Source: an uncultured Planctomycetales bacterium
Lineage (GTDB): Bacteria; Omnitrophota; Gorgyraeia; Gygaellales; Profunditerraquicolaceae
DNA length: 64,000 bases
Assembly (NCBI GenBank): GCA_964545575.1
Contig: CAZJFL010000001.1
Coordinates: 294,178 to 358,177, forward strand
Direction: 5' to 3'
The notes under the pieces were generated by a model. That model had not been told where the DNA came from. It ran no database searches and saw only the letters and a program-made list of their open reading frames with translations. Shown here piece after piece: positions 30,001 through 41,353 of the stretch. Both the position numbers and the translations under genes were made by a program. Position 1 is the stretch's first letter; each line of letters starts with the position of its first letter.

Positions 30001-33000
30001 ACTGTCTGTCCCCATACTCTCCGCTATATTGCGGAGCACTTAAGGCATATTTATTGTATAATACCAGCGCTACATTAGTGGTAGCATTAATCCCGCCCAT
30101 GATTAGCCCGGTTTTAAGCGCTTCTGTGGCGAATTTAGCGGCTGCGGCATCAAAGCTAGCAGAACCAGCAAGCGTGGTACCGGGACCGGCGGCTATGCCC
30201 AGAGTAGCCAAAATCACTATTGCTCTTCCGCCGGTATACAGTATATCAAAACCGCTGCGGGTATATTTTTCCGGAGCCCGCCCAAAATTTAAAGTCCGTT
30301 GCCCCCAATAACTAAATTGTCCTGGAATTTTAATACCTGTGTCAACAAACAAAGGAGCATTTCTAACAATTCCTATCGTACGCAAAATAAGTTGGGGAAT
30401 AAATACTGGGTTGGGTAAATGCAAGCTAGTTTGAATCCGATCACCCTTTAAATCCGTCCAAAAAGTATTTACGTCATCCAGGCTTTGTGAGTAGGCAGAA
30501 AGCGAGCCGTTCATGCTCAGCCAAACCTTATTGAGCAACCTGTTCTCCTTATTCTCAAATAATGAACTGTTTTTTCTTTTCTGTTCGGTAAAAAGGGTGT
30601 CCAGCCTCTTTAATAATGTAGCGGGGTCCTTTATGTCTAACTGCCTGAGCATATCCTGTGTCTGCTGATTATACCCCTTGGCTACATCTTGATAGTTAGT
30701 TACGCCAAAAACATAGGCATCCCGGTAGCCAGGCGCCGCATCAGAAGCTAAGGGGCCGATTGCTGAGTACTGGGTTATAGTGTTTGCCAAAGCGAGTTTC
30801 TGGCCCACAACTCCTTCCACATCCATATAAATCTCGGATAAATCTTTTGCTGAAACTTGACCATTGCTGCCTATTGTTTGCTTGGAATTACGCGCATTAT
30901 ATTCTAGGATGGCTGTCTTAAGAACAGGTGGTAAGCTATTTATCTTTTGGCTCTTCCCGCTATTGTAAACATTGCTTACCGCTGCCATCTCCTGTGATAA
31001 ATTACCGTAGTATTCCCCCAGCGCATTGTGTAGCGAGCTTAATTGCTGTGCCTGAGTAGCTGGGGGATTAATAAATGTTTGGTAGCGAGCATTAAATAAT
31101 TCTTCATCGAGTAGGGGATCTGTTCGCATAAGTTGATTAAATCCGTCCATCCTCCCCTCCGCTGCTTTTGCTCTCCAGGAAAGACCGACTAAGGTATTGC
31201 TGTTGCCAACCATTGTTTCCTGCCGCTGGGCTTCTTCGAGTTGCTGGTTATTTATTTTTTCCGTTACCCCTACTCCCTGATTTAAAAACGATATCCGTAG
31301 CTTAGCGGTAGTCGATTGTAAATCGTCATTCCAATCCTTATAGGTTATCCCGGTAAAATCCCCTGCGCCTATCGTCTTTAGGTAAGCTGTATAGTTACGA
31401 AATGCTAGCGCAAAATCACCAAAAGAAAATTCCTTTCTAGTTGTAGCACTAAAAGGATCAGCCCCGGCTTTAACAGTGAACGGGACCAGCGCAGATGAAG
31501 TTGTGCCTACCTTGCGTCCCAGCCAGGATGATTTATTTCCCATTAAATTCTGGCGGCGTGAAGCGGTTTCCCACAGCGTCATGGACACAGTATACATTAC
31601 TGAATATCGTTTTAAGTCCTCCTCGCCGGCCTTAACATCTGGTGAATCTGACTTTAAGTTATTACGTAGATTCTCTAATCTACCCAGTAATTTTCTGAAG
31701 TCGATATTATTATCATTACCGCTTTGCTTGATTGATTTTTCCAAATCATCAATGCGTTTTAATAAGTAGTTCACTACTGCGATTTTATTTGGAGCGTTTA
31801 AAGCGCTGTTTACAGCCATACTAGAAGTCGTCCAGTTCTTGGTCTGGGCAAATACTTCAAAAAGCCGGCTGGCGTTGACTGACTCATCGGAAGTAAAAAT
31901 AGATACCCAGGGCGAAGAATTATTAAATCTCTCTACCATGGTCGTAGCTTTCCCGGCCCCTCCGGGAGCTTTCCCACCGCCCTTTAGGTTAATGCTCCAG
32001 TAGGCAAAAGGCGTGCCGGGCAAAATCGCAGCATTACCTAAATTAGAACCCTGACCTTCTTCTTGCCATTCTATCGGCACCGAGAACGCTTCGCCGTCCC
32101 ATTTCCCGAAATATTTCTTTTCGCTCAAAGGCAATATTTTATCGTTGATCAGGAAGCTATATTTGGCTATTTTATCTAACTGTTCATATTTAAGTTCTAG
32201 GGTCTTAGGCATATCTTTCTTGAAATCATCCAGAGAAATCCCCAATTCTACCAGGGCGGCATTTAGTAATGCCCCTTTTGCTCCGTCGGAATTCAACAGC
32301 CCCATTATCTCGTCCTGCGAATGGTTTTCCAGAGTGACCTTTAAGCTGTTAAACGCCAAAAGATATTTACTTACCGCCCCTAAAGATAAGTCTCCTAATC
32401 CTCTGGCTATCGGAGCAGTATTGCCGCGGTAATAAACATTCTGCTCACCGGTAGTTTTGTCCTGGAGAGTAACCACATCGTTCAATTTATAGCCAATCTG
32501 GCGGGTGATCATGCCGCCGGCATCCTTAAATCTAAAATAGGTGGTTTCCGGCAGCCAAATCACGCTGTTGACATCAAAACGCGGCGCGCCTTCTTTGCTG
32601 CGCACAACATAACTTTCCTTAGGCGCTGCCTGTCCCTGGCTCATCGGCTCTAAATATTTCGGGCCTCCAGCGAACTCGTAGCTATCCGGCCCCTGCGTGG
32701 TAAGAATCATCCTTCTTCCAATCGCTCCTGACTGGCCAAAAATATCCCTGGCTGCTCCTGTATATCCGCTTAATGGCGCCAGGCCGGTGCCCAAGACTGT
32801 TTCGCCGGTCAAAAGATCCTGTTGAGTTTCGTTCCAATTTTGGCCTTTGGGCATTAAAATACCGAAACTCTTATTGCCCTTTAGAGAAACCATTTCCCAG
32901 TCGCCGTAGGTGACATGGAAAGTAAGCGGGCCTCCGGTTCCTAATCCTTCCGAGGTTTCGCCATATTGGTCCTGGCCCTGATATCCAAAACCCATCAGCC

Positions 33001-36000
33001 CGCGGGAAAGAATAGCTACACCATTGGAAGAAACGTTTTTTGAACTGCCTTTATCATAGTTTCCCCGGCTGCCGCTAGCAGGACTACCGGCGTTAAGCTC
33101 AATCTGCGGATGCCTTTCGCCGATCAGAGCGCCTTTCCAAAGCGGCACGATTTCTTCTATGCCACCGCTAAGTTTATTAGTTACTTTCGATTCCGGCAAA
33201 GTTGCAGCACTTCCAGCGACTACTCTGCCGGTTATGGGATCCCGAACTACGCCGGCATAATCTCCCTTATTAATATCACCCTTACCTTTATAACGGTAGA
33301 ATAATACATCGTAGCGCGGATCCAGCGTGTTCACCGCCATAGGATTATCACTGCTGCCAAATTCCATCTTCGCTACGTCTTTTCCTAAAAATGTGTTGCC
33401 GTCGTAATAAGTATTCAAGATGCTGACGTCTCCGTAAATAGATGGCCGGGTGAGGCTGGCGTCAGAAAAAGGATGTTCCGCAGAAGCTCCGCCGATGCGC
33501 ATGCCGCCGGCAATGCTCTGCTGCATATCCAGGTCGCCATTATTATATACATCCTCGCCGAACTTGACCTGGGTGTATCTGGTGGTGCGGAAATTAGAAA
33601 CTACATATTGCTTGACCTGATAATCTTTGGTTTGCGGGAAAAGGTCCTGCGTGCCGGGTGAAACGGTGGTAAAATCATAGCCGCCGGGGATTTCTAGTTT
33701 GGAACCTATACCTAAATTCTCATAAGGACGTAAGCCTTTGCCTGATAAAACTAAAGAAACGCTTCCGGTAACCAGATGATTTCCCGCGGCGCTATGGTCT
33801 ATTACTCGCATCCGGCTGTTTCTTCCTTCCCAGGCTGACCCCCGCACATTAATTGCTTTCTGAGGATTCTGGGTATCCTCTCCTCCGTAAAATTGCGTTT
33901 CTCCGCTCTGGGCATTATTGGTGCTTGCGGCAAAACCCGAAGCCTCCATTGCCTGGGCATATTCTTCGGGATTGGTGCTGATATATCTGGTTTCGTGGGC
34001 AATGCCGTCTTTGGTGATAGTGCCGACTAACTCCAAGGCATATTTTGCTTTGCCAAAAGAATTATTACTGCCGCCCTCGGTGACTGCGCCCAGCCTTAAG
34101 TCGGCGTAGCCAGGGGATTTCTCCCAAACGCCAGCTATTTTTTCAAAGGTTACGAATTTATTATCCAAGTCTGAGCCGATGCCTACCAGCCCGATTTTAT
34201 TCTGAGCGATTAATTTTCTTACTGCGCCGACAGTCTCAGCGCCTTTTATGCCCCAAGCCTCTGAGGAATTAATCAACGGGTTTCCCAACTTATCGGTAAA
34301 CGGCTTTCCTGCCTCATCGGTGATTGTTTTCTCCAGCCTTCTCCAGACCATCGGATTGCTGCGGTCAAAATGTAATACGGTGGTAATTACTTTGGCTAAT
34401 TGAGAATCTCCCAGCACATCTACTGCCTGAATGGGAGCATATTCTACGGCTAAATTTTTGCTGTATGACTCAGGATGCAAATTGCCTTTGTAGGACACAT
34501 TAGCTTTTTGCTGCGGGTCTAAAGAATACATCCAGAAGCCGGTCAAGGGATCCGGCGCTCCCTGCTGGTTATAGCTTAAATTGCTGCCATAGGTAATATC
34601 TACGTGATTATCAACGACCGCTACCTGGCCTTTTAAAATTCCTCTGCGAGGCGCGCCGTCAACCAGCCAGCCGGAATTCTTATTCGCTAAATCTCTGCTC
34701 AAGGCGCCCACATCCGCCACTGTGCCGCCTACTTTCACTGTCCTTCCGTCGGCGCTGACCGCTCCTAATTTAGTTAGGCCAAAACTCTGGGCAGGATTAT
34801 TAAAACTAGGCGTAACCTCTGCCTCATTACGGACGGTCTTGCCAAAATCATACCTTACTTCCCCGAAAGCCCAGCCGTTAAAATGAATGCCGCCGGACTG
34901 GTCAATCATTAAACCTGCTTGTTGAAATTCGGGTTGCGCTTTCGGCGCTTCTAAGGGAAGAGAAACTTTTCCAGAAGAGGTTTGTTTCATCTCTACGCCG
35001 GCGAAAACCAAACCTTCGGGCTGAGCCTTTAATTTGTTAGTATAATCTTTGACTAATTGGGCGGCTGCTCCCCAATCTGCGGGCCCTGAGCCTGAGGAAG
35101 AAGCCTGCAGTAAATACCCGGCTACTTGTTCTCCTGAAACAATATAGCCGGTTTCTCTCAATGTCCGGTCTAAATCCTTTACTGCCTGTCTGTATTGTGT
35201 TGGGTCTTGGGAAGCATTAACCGGCCTAACCTCACTGCCGCTACCCACAACCAAGGTTTTATAAGTCCGCCCGGGTTTATCTATATCTCTTGCCTGCTCC
35301 ATCCCGGGTAAACTTGTGGTTTCCAATGGATTATCTAAATCTATTGGCCTGCCGGGCTCTAGCGCGTCATTAAGACGCTGAGAGTCAACGGTATATACCT
35401 TCCTAGTCAGGCCAGGATGCATTTTGCCTGCATTGGCTTGCTCTTTAAATTTGCTTAACTCTTTGTCATTCGTTAATCTGCCCTCTTTATTTAAATCAAA
35501 AGTCTGTGCATCTTTTGGCCGCGTAGATAACCGAGCAATTTCGCTCAGCTTGCCATTTTCATCAAAACTAAAATGCTTGCCGGTAAATATTATCCCGTCA
35601 ATATTCCCATCTCCCACATAGCGCCGGCCAGCCTCCATGCTTTTTCCTTCTGCCAGCTGGACAATAAAATCTTCTTCTATTCTTGCCCGGGTAAATCTGC
35701 CATTAGCAAGCCCCATCTCTCCGTACATTGATAAGCTAGGCCGCAGGCTTATTTTACCTTGGGAATCTTGGACTAAACCCAAGCCTGCGGGGTTATAATT
35801 GAAAGACACCTGCGAAATAGCCGTGGCATCGGGGCTGGCTGTTTTTTCCTCTAATGCGCCCCAGGTCTTAGGCCCGACTATGCCGTCCGGCTTAAGTCCA
35901 TTTGCGCTCTGAAAATCCGTAATCGCTTTCTTAGTCAGCGAACCTTTTATCCCGTCAGGCAGATAGGGATAAAAACCTGCTTTATTTAAGCTAGCTTGAA

Positions 36001-39000
36001 TTTGTCTAGCGGTAAGATTATCTGCTGAATATGCAGGCTCCGTTCCCCTTGTTCCGGCGGTGTTGCTAAAGCTACCCCACAAAATAACATCTTCCGGTTT
36101 ACCGGTAGGATTAAACTTTATGTTCCCGACAATGTAATCTATATCCCGGGCAGGCATTTCCTGTGTAGCAGCCAAAGCCAGGTAAGGCAGAAGGTCGCGA
36201 CCGACTTTCTTTTGTAAGGCATAAATTTTATTCTCCGGCTGCTTTTCCAACCCTTTTAAGGCATCGGCAAAAATTTTCCCTGTTCCCGAAATAGTCCTCT
36301 GAATGCCGGTCGTGCTACTTAGGCCATCTACATCGCTATACTGTTTCTCGATGATCTCTTGCGGGCTGATGCCAAAGGCCGCCGGAGTATTGTCAAAAGC
36401 TACGGTTACATATCCCGTAGCCGAGGAGCCGCTTTTTACTCCCTCAAGCACATCCAGAGTATTCATCTTTTTGTACTCTGTCTTTCTAATCTTATCGTCT
36501 TGGATACTGAGCATGCTGGGCTTCTCGGAATAACCCGGAGTAATATTGCGCCAGTTCGTCCCTAACGTCTCCTCTAATGCTAAATCTACTGCTTCGCCAT
36601 AACCGGTTCTTGACTCGGTCTTTTGTCCTACTAAGACATTTTTATTAAAGGTCTGGGAAGTCTGTATTGTTTTCATGTAAGTCCACCCAGTATTTCCGCG
36701 CAGAGAAGCATCCCTGCCTTTTACCGGCACTGCCCCGCCTTCGTTATACCAGTAAAGCCGCTTTCTATCGGAAGCCTTGATGCTCCCGGGTAGACCTTTA
36801 CCCTTCTCTGCTTCTTGATCTAAAATGTCCTTTCCGCTCCGCAAAGAGGTAGACCCGAAAATATAGATTTCTGAAGGGGTCTCCCGAGCCGCTACCGCTA
36901 CGTCACGGCTCATTGTTGCTTCAGCCGTAGAGCGTTGCCTGGTGCCTGTCTCTATTTCTTCTAAGGTAGTGGTCTGAGAAACCTTGAGGCGGTCCGGAAC
37001 GCTGACTTCCCGAACTATTACTTGTGTCTCGCCGGAATTTCCTTTCAGCGTCTCTGTCTTTTTGCCAAAGCTTACTTTAGAATCGGAAACGTCGGCTACC
37101 TTAATAGACGGCTTAATTGGCGCGCCGGGCAAAGAAACAACTTGCGGCTTAAGCTTAATTTCATTGGATCTGGTAGTGTGATCCTGCAAGGCGGCTTCAG
37201 CTAAAACAAGGGCGACATCTATATTTGGCCCTGTTGCGTCCGACATAACCATCTGCCTGATATCCTCCCACTGTTGTGCGGAAAATGCCGGGGAAACTCC
37301 AGCGTGCTTGGCGATACCAAACCCTGCTGCTTCGTTTACCGCCAGAGAAATAATTCCTGTAGCGAGGAAGAAGTCCTTGCTTTTACCCGCCTTCTTTGCA
37401 ATAACGCTGCTGATAAACTCCGTGGCAGAGTCTTTTGCAGTTATTTCTCCGCCGACCACGCTTACGATAGGATCGGGGCCGCTGATGCCTGGCAATTTAA
37501 AATCCATATTTCTGCCGGATATGGCGAATACCCTGTGGCCGTTTATCGCCGCCATTGCCAATAGCTTTGTGCCCCCCAGCGGCGCTGCATCTTTAAAAAT
37601 AAGCTTGTAACTATCATAAGAATATACGGTCGGGTTGCTTCCTCTGACTAAAGCCGCATAAATAAAATATGGACTCTCCAGCAATTTATTTTTATCAAGC
37701 TTCCACATACTCATGCTCTTGCGTCCGCTGGTTATTCCCTCGGCTATCTCCGGCATCCAAGTCGCTATGTAATGCTGATCGGCATCAAAATAGCGCTTAA
37801 ACTGGCCATCGCCCCAACCAAATCTTCCTCTCTCTACCGCCTCCCTGATCAACGGCAGGTCCGGCTGCCAGCCAGGCAGGTTCCATTGCACAAATTGTGC
37901 CGCTACGGGATTATTCTGAACTTTTTTATGCAAGATTCCGGTAGGATTTTTACCTATCGTCACCAGATAGAGCGCATGCTTTTTGGTGACTCCGGAAACA
38001 TCTATGGTAAAGGTATCCTTTGCGTCTTCATCAGATAGGTCAGCTTGCAACACTCCCATAGGAAGTTTGTCGCTAAGCTGGTCATTAAGCTTTTTCATGT
38101 CGAGCGGCTCAAATAACTCGCCTATTAGTTCCTCAGTTTTATCTTTATCCTCGGAAACAAGCACTATTGTCTTACTGTCTTCCCCGAGCTTTATGCGCTT
38201 GTTTGGATTTGATTTTTGGAGTTCAACTAACACCTTGATCTTTTGCACTTCGGAAGAACCTGTCAAATCAGGAGACTTCAAAATCTCATCTATCTTTGCG
38301 ATGTTTATTGTATCTTTTATCTTTTGGTAGCCGGTCACCGGGTTATGATTATCAAATATATTCCAGACAGTCCTCGCCAGCCTCCATAAATCAGAAGCGG
38401 CGGTGTAAGTAAACTCGCTTGCGTTCTGCGCCGCGGCTGAATGGAGAGTGGCTGCGCCGTATTCAATCATCGCATACTTCGGAAAAAGACTCTCCAAGTT
38501 TCCGTCCTTTACAAAATCTCTCCAGGCAGTCTGATAATCGCTATACTTTTCGGCGCGCTTTCTTGATTCGGAATCATGAAGATCATAGTCATAAGGTTTA
38601 AGGTAAAGCGGGTCTTTGTCTTTGTCAAAGGGCAGGTAACCCATCGCCCGCATCATCCGGTCGGCATTAGCTTGAAAATTGTCTATCCCCGCCATTTCAT
38701 TGACCTTGTTGATATACATATTTAGCGTCCAGCCTGCCATGCCTTCGGTATAAGCAGGAGATGTCCTACCTAAAGTGCCGTAATTGACAATGACTTTCTC
38801 CACAAAATTATCTTTGAAGTTATTGAGAATATTACCCCAATTCCCATGCCAGCCAGTCTGGTAGAGGACATTAACCAGAGCCGATCCAGAGTAGGCGATA
38901 AGCGCCATATCACTGCGTGTCAGGCCCCAGTCATTGCGGTATACCCCGTCCTCGCATCTTTTATATGTCCCGGCGAATTTGGTCAAGGTGGAATCGAGTA

Positions 39001-40859
39001 ACCACGTGCTTCCGGCACCGATTGCGCTATCCACTAATAGCGGCACTACCTTAACCGGCTGGCCGGCAGAGATCGCGCCCCCGACCCCACCGATAAAGGA
39101 ACCGGCAAACTCTCCCAAGCTCCGGGAGAAACTGTTACGGTTCGTCCATTCTTCGCGGTCTTCTTCGCTTAAATCCATCCATGTCGGCCGGCCATTTACG
39201 CTCTTATACTTAGGAAGCGCAGACTTTCTGTTCAAAAAATTTTCATAATCCTTATAATCTATACCCAAGCCGGCTATTTTCCCCAGAGATGAAGATACAA
39301 ACTGTACTTCTTTAATTGGGGCGGCGAGCCCGCGCCAAAAATCAGAGGAATTCCCTTTAGGCACAATCCCTACGAGTGCGCCGTCCTTCTTCCCCCAATA
39401 CCTGGTAAGCCCTGCTGAAGAAATAAAGCCGGAGGTTAAGCCATACGATAAAAAATCCGCGGTAAAGTTAGCTGTCTCAAGGGCAAGTTCAGGATTCTTT
39501 TTATAGAAAGCAGAGTCCTTTATTGACAGGTAAGCTATATATCTGGCTCCTGCTTTAAGTGCGCCCATTCCTAACCCTACCTGTAAACCCCGCGTAAAGG
39601 ACGATTGAGCGTTCCAAACGGCATCTTTAATGTGCATAAATTGCTTTGGCTCTATTTTGGTTGTGACGCCGTAAGAAAAAGCTGTAGTTGCCAGTGTGCT
39701 GATGGCTTGGACGAGCCCCGGATTCATTCCTGTTTTGGATAACCCATAAGTTGCTATCGTGCCTAATTGGCCGGTAAACTGCGCAACCGCTAAATCAGTG
39801 ATTCCTCCGCTGCAAATACCGGGTATAGCAGTTAACACCGTCATCCCTAAGTTGATTGCCGTTGCCCTCAAGTCTGGCTGTTGGAAAAGCGGGCTTAAAT
39901 CCGGGTACTTGCCTCTGTATCTCCTTGCCCCTAAAATAAGTTTGGCTTCACTATCAGCGATGGCGGTTAAGCCGACCGCCTCTTTTTTCTCGCTTAAAAT
40001 ATATCCGGAAAATCCTTCAAGGAACTTCTCGCTGGGCAGGAATTCTTCTTTATGCTCATCAATAAAATAAACCTTATCTCCAGAAATGCGGGCAACTAAG
40101 ACATAGTGATCGCCTTTTAAGTGGGCGATAAAAGGGACTGTCCCCGACAAGTCTATTAGTGTGTTATTCTTAGGGGACTGTCCCTGATTGAAGTCTATTT
40201 TTGCCGGGTAGAGTTTGTGGCCAAAGAATGCTGAAGCTTGAGATAAGGCAAATAATGAGTTTTTAATCACTTCCGGGTTACCTTCAGGCTTGACTACCCC
40301 GTTTAAAATATCCACGGTTAAGGCTAAAACCGCGATATCCTGCTCGGCTACCTGCGCGCCGGCATAAGTTAAATAATCATATAGCGCTTTTGTGCCGCAG
40401 GGCCTGCCTTTTAACCATTCGTAAATCTCATCTATTCGCTGCTTGCTGATGTTTAAGGGCTTTTCTAATTTTAAGGTGAGTTCCGGAGATAACCTGATAG
40501 CATTGACGGACTTACCGGAAATATCTTTAAGGATGTTCCTCACCGCCAGCGGAATGTCCAAACTGCGGGTATCTTTAAGATAGGCCGGGGCAAAAGTATT
40601 GAGTGTACCAACCGCAGGCCTCTGCCAGAGCACGCGCCAGTCATATTCTACTGCTTGAGCTACCTGCTGAGGAATAAAAATAGCCACTACTACAAAGGCT
40701 ACTACCCTGATCCAGGCCTTAAAGTTGGAGTGAAAATGCGGCTTCTCGTTCTTTCCCGTAAAAGAACTTACAGCAGAATCAGAAACCTCTACGGCTTCTC
40801 CGATCCTGCTTCCGCGGGATATTTCTTCTAATTTTTCTGTACGGGTTGCTTTTTCCATT
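1..40859 (-). CDS. Giant multidomain, multi-TM protein. The 3' end is outside the window. There are 13,589 or more codons in one frame from 40768 to 2, plus a 46-codon N-terminal ORF (40859..40722) in the adjacent frame, implying a frameshift or indel near 40720-40745.
   Basis: All plus-strand ORFs in 1-40.8 kb are short low-complexity antisense shadows. No complete minus-strand ORF of 60 aa or more is listed, so the coding frame has no stop before the window edge. I checked frame phase (codon top coordinate mod 3 = 1) at 40195, 35992, 16222, 8659, 2611 and 4, and all agree. ATG 40859 follows the upstream gene stop (40862) but hits TAA at 40719-40721. The long frame opens after a TAA at 40769-40771, and the two frames read together give a sensible N-terminus followed by a TM helix. 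The translated protein has recognisable motifs of several enzyme families (listed as separate features). Confidence 0.8.
1300..2640 (-). other. SecA-like DEAD-type motor (NBD) module of the giant protein
   Basis: Translation KDFAGTKSTVILPGLAYLVVKRQNLKVFAVVCNDHFAYDQGKRAAE...DVIYGQISTFNFDYQKLDLL...RWVIMADEADRTLVAEAFTPHIISQ...ILTLVGNRGVNILL lines up with four SecA blocks. These are SecA [77 protein letters not shown] and TNMAGRGTDI. I verified the DEAD block on the DNA (2180-2260). Confidence 0.65.
5280..5790 (-). other. Phosphodiester-glycosidase (NAGPA/DUF2233)-like module of the giant protein
   Basis: Translation ...AKSLVGVDQRGNLVLVSTDADNLTYGKLFGGFPTTTQMADFMIKEFNVRNAWFVDCGISGYFYIKGK resembles the family C-terminal block (...aIGid.dGrLllvvvDG...G.tl.ElA.lm..lGa.dAlNLDGGGSs). 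It matches at motif level only. Confidence 0.4.
7630..7690. repeat. Dispersed internal repeat, copy 1 (its partner is at 9743-9803)
   Basis: ggagctttgcctaataaagtagcgactaacaaggcatcgccgataatcgctgcccaga nearly matches 9743-9803 (ggagctttacctaataaagtagcgactaacaaggcaccgccgataatcgctgcccaga). Both encode WAAIIG.ALLVATLLGKAP in TM-rich parts of the giant protein, which suggests a duplicated membrane module. Confidence 0.8.
8190..8660 (-). other. Class I SAM-dependent methyltransferase-like module of the giant protein
   Basis: Motif I reads EEPMRILDIGAGKGYALFY (hh[DE]hGxGxG). Downstream lies FHFAMSVRTFEYLIDQLRALEEVHRVLAADGEARINW (post-I/II/III-like). The frame checks at 8659. Confidence 0.55.
9743..9803. 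repeat. Dispersed internal repeat, copy 2 (its partner is at 7630-7690)
   Basis: See the 7630-7690 feature. Confidence 0.8.
15690..16100 (-). other. Site-2-protease / peptidase M50-like membrane module of the giant protein, with an atypical HExxxH spacing
   Basis: Translation ...GIIGASVLGHELAGHGLVARIFGRKTSGVELGVLGG...LVYAAGPLVSLGLMAAGLAL...NLFTTVNLGMAVFNLLPLKPLDGGTIF. Compare RseP/SpoIVFB-type HEFGHfwvARrcG and the NLLPipvLDGG motif. I read the DNA codon by codon: cac gaa tta gcc ggg cat gives HELAGH, one residue longer than the canonical HExxH. Confidence 0.6.
19229..19756. repeat. Tandem duplication of about 264 bp (2 copies, roughly 90% identical) inside the giant ORF, encoding a duplicated coiled-coil segment
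   Basis: gccaaaatcttctgatta...ttcttccaccggcctgattaacgcctgcgcact...gcgggct(g/a)cttccagct...gcaaagcttccttctgct recurs with a period of about 264 bp (copy starts near 19231 and 19495). Both copies are in frame and translate to ...QSEILLAQARKQKEALL..LEAARREKQDILD.E..VLAD..SAQALIRPVEEKI.RIE..LKE.NQKILA.E. Confidence 0.8.
35850..35995 (-). other. Peptidoglycan-binding (PG_binding_1-like) module of the giant protein
   Basis: Translation LTARQIQASLNKAGFYPYLPDGIKGSLTKKAITDFQSANGLKPDGIVGPKTWGAL fits the PG_binding_1 consensus (L...GY.....DG.FG..T..A...FQ...GL..DG.vGp.Tw..L). Confidence 0.65.
40090..40420 (-). other. Peptidase C39-like (bacteriocin-processing / papain-like) domain of the giant protein
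   Basis: Translation reads ...RPCGTKALYDYLTYAG...(about 90 aa)...GDHYVLVARISGDKVYFIDEHKE. This matches the C39 Cys motif (CG.A.L..YYG-like) and the His-box (HYVV..I.gdkvyI.DP-like) in the right order and spacing. A TM helix lies just before it. Confidence 0.5.
40134..40184. repeat. Palindrome pair gggactgtcccc (40134-40145) and ggggactgtccc (40173-40184), in frame inside the giant ORF 5' region
   Basis: The element gggactgtccccgacaRgtct.ttattag.gt.tt.ttaggggactgtccctg is nearly identical at 42755-42806. Here it encodes ...QGQSPKNNTLIDLSGTVPF.... Confidence 0.85.
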
Positions 40860-40861
40860 TT

Positions 40862-41353
40862 TTATCTGTTTAAGTGCCCTATTTTGCCAATCTGTTTAAT
40901 CTCAATAACCGTACTCTTCATCGACTTATTTGCAGAAGTACGTTGTAAAGCGCTATTCGCGCGGTTTGAAGTAACTTTAGAAAACGCCCTTTCTCTATGC
41001 TTGCTCATACCCAGGTTAGTCTTTAAGGGGGCCTTTACTTCTTTTAAAAACGATCTTTGATTTATCTTTTTGATTGTAGGAACGCCGATTTTTTTATTCA
41101 ATTTTGGTATTTTGGCCCCAGCCGGAGGCTTAGCAGGCCTAATAATATTATACGGCCTCTCAAGTGGGTTAAAATCGCCGGGCCTTCTACTTGGCCTTTG
41201 GTGATCGCGCCATTGGTAACCGGCGCCTCCTATGCCTTTGACAATTGTAAATGCCGCCTTACCATTATTATTATTCATTCTAGCTCTTTCTGTCGGCCCC
41301 ATTATTCCAAAAACTCCAATCGCTGCTATCGCTATTATTACAAATATGCCCAT
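40862..41353 (-). CDS. Hypothetical basic protein with an N-terminal TM helix (163 aa). Its stop is 3 nt from the giant-gene ATG.
   Basis: It is an ORF-track ORF with the N-terminus MGIFVIIAIAAIGVFGIMG. It lies in an operon between the 393-aa gene and the giant gene and overlaps the upstream gene by 16 nt. Confidence 0.55.
   Translation of the reverse strand: MGIFVIIAIAAIGVFGIMGPTERARMNNNNGKAAFTIVKGIGGAGYQWRDHQRPSRRPGDFNPLERPYNIIRPAKPPAGAKIPKLNKKIGVPTIKKINQRSFLKEVKAPLKTNLGMSKHRERAFSKVTSNRANSALQRTSANKSMKSTVIEIKQIGKIGHLNR

Noticed and set aside
152-40070. About 110 plus-strand ORFs of 60-276 aa listed in the ORF track across 0-40 kb (for example 2577..3254, 7620..8450, 9666..10367, 16176..16673)
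   Set aside because: They are low-complexity, Ser/Ala/Pro/Leu-rich, mutually overlapping, and lie antisense to a single continuous minus-strand frame with recognisable protein motifs. They are shadow ORFs.
40722-40859. ATG 40859 as the simple start of one continuous giant ORF
   Set aside because: Codon-by-codon reading shows this frame stops at TAA 40719-40721 after 46 codons. The giant frame is the adjacent one (phase checked at several anchors). The feature is therefore reported as frame-broken or frameshifted, not as a clean start.
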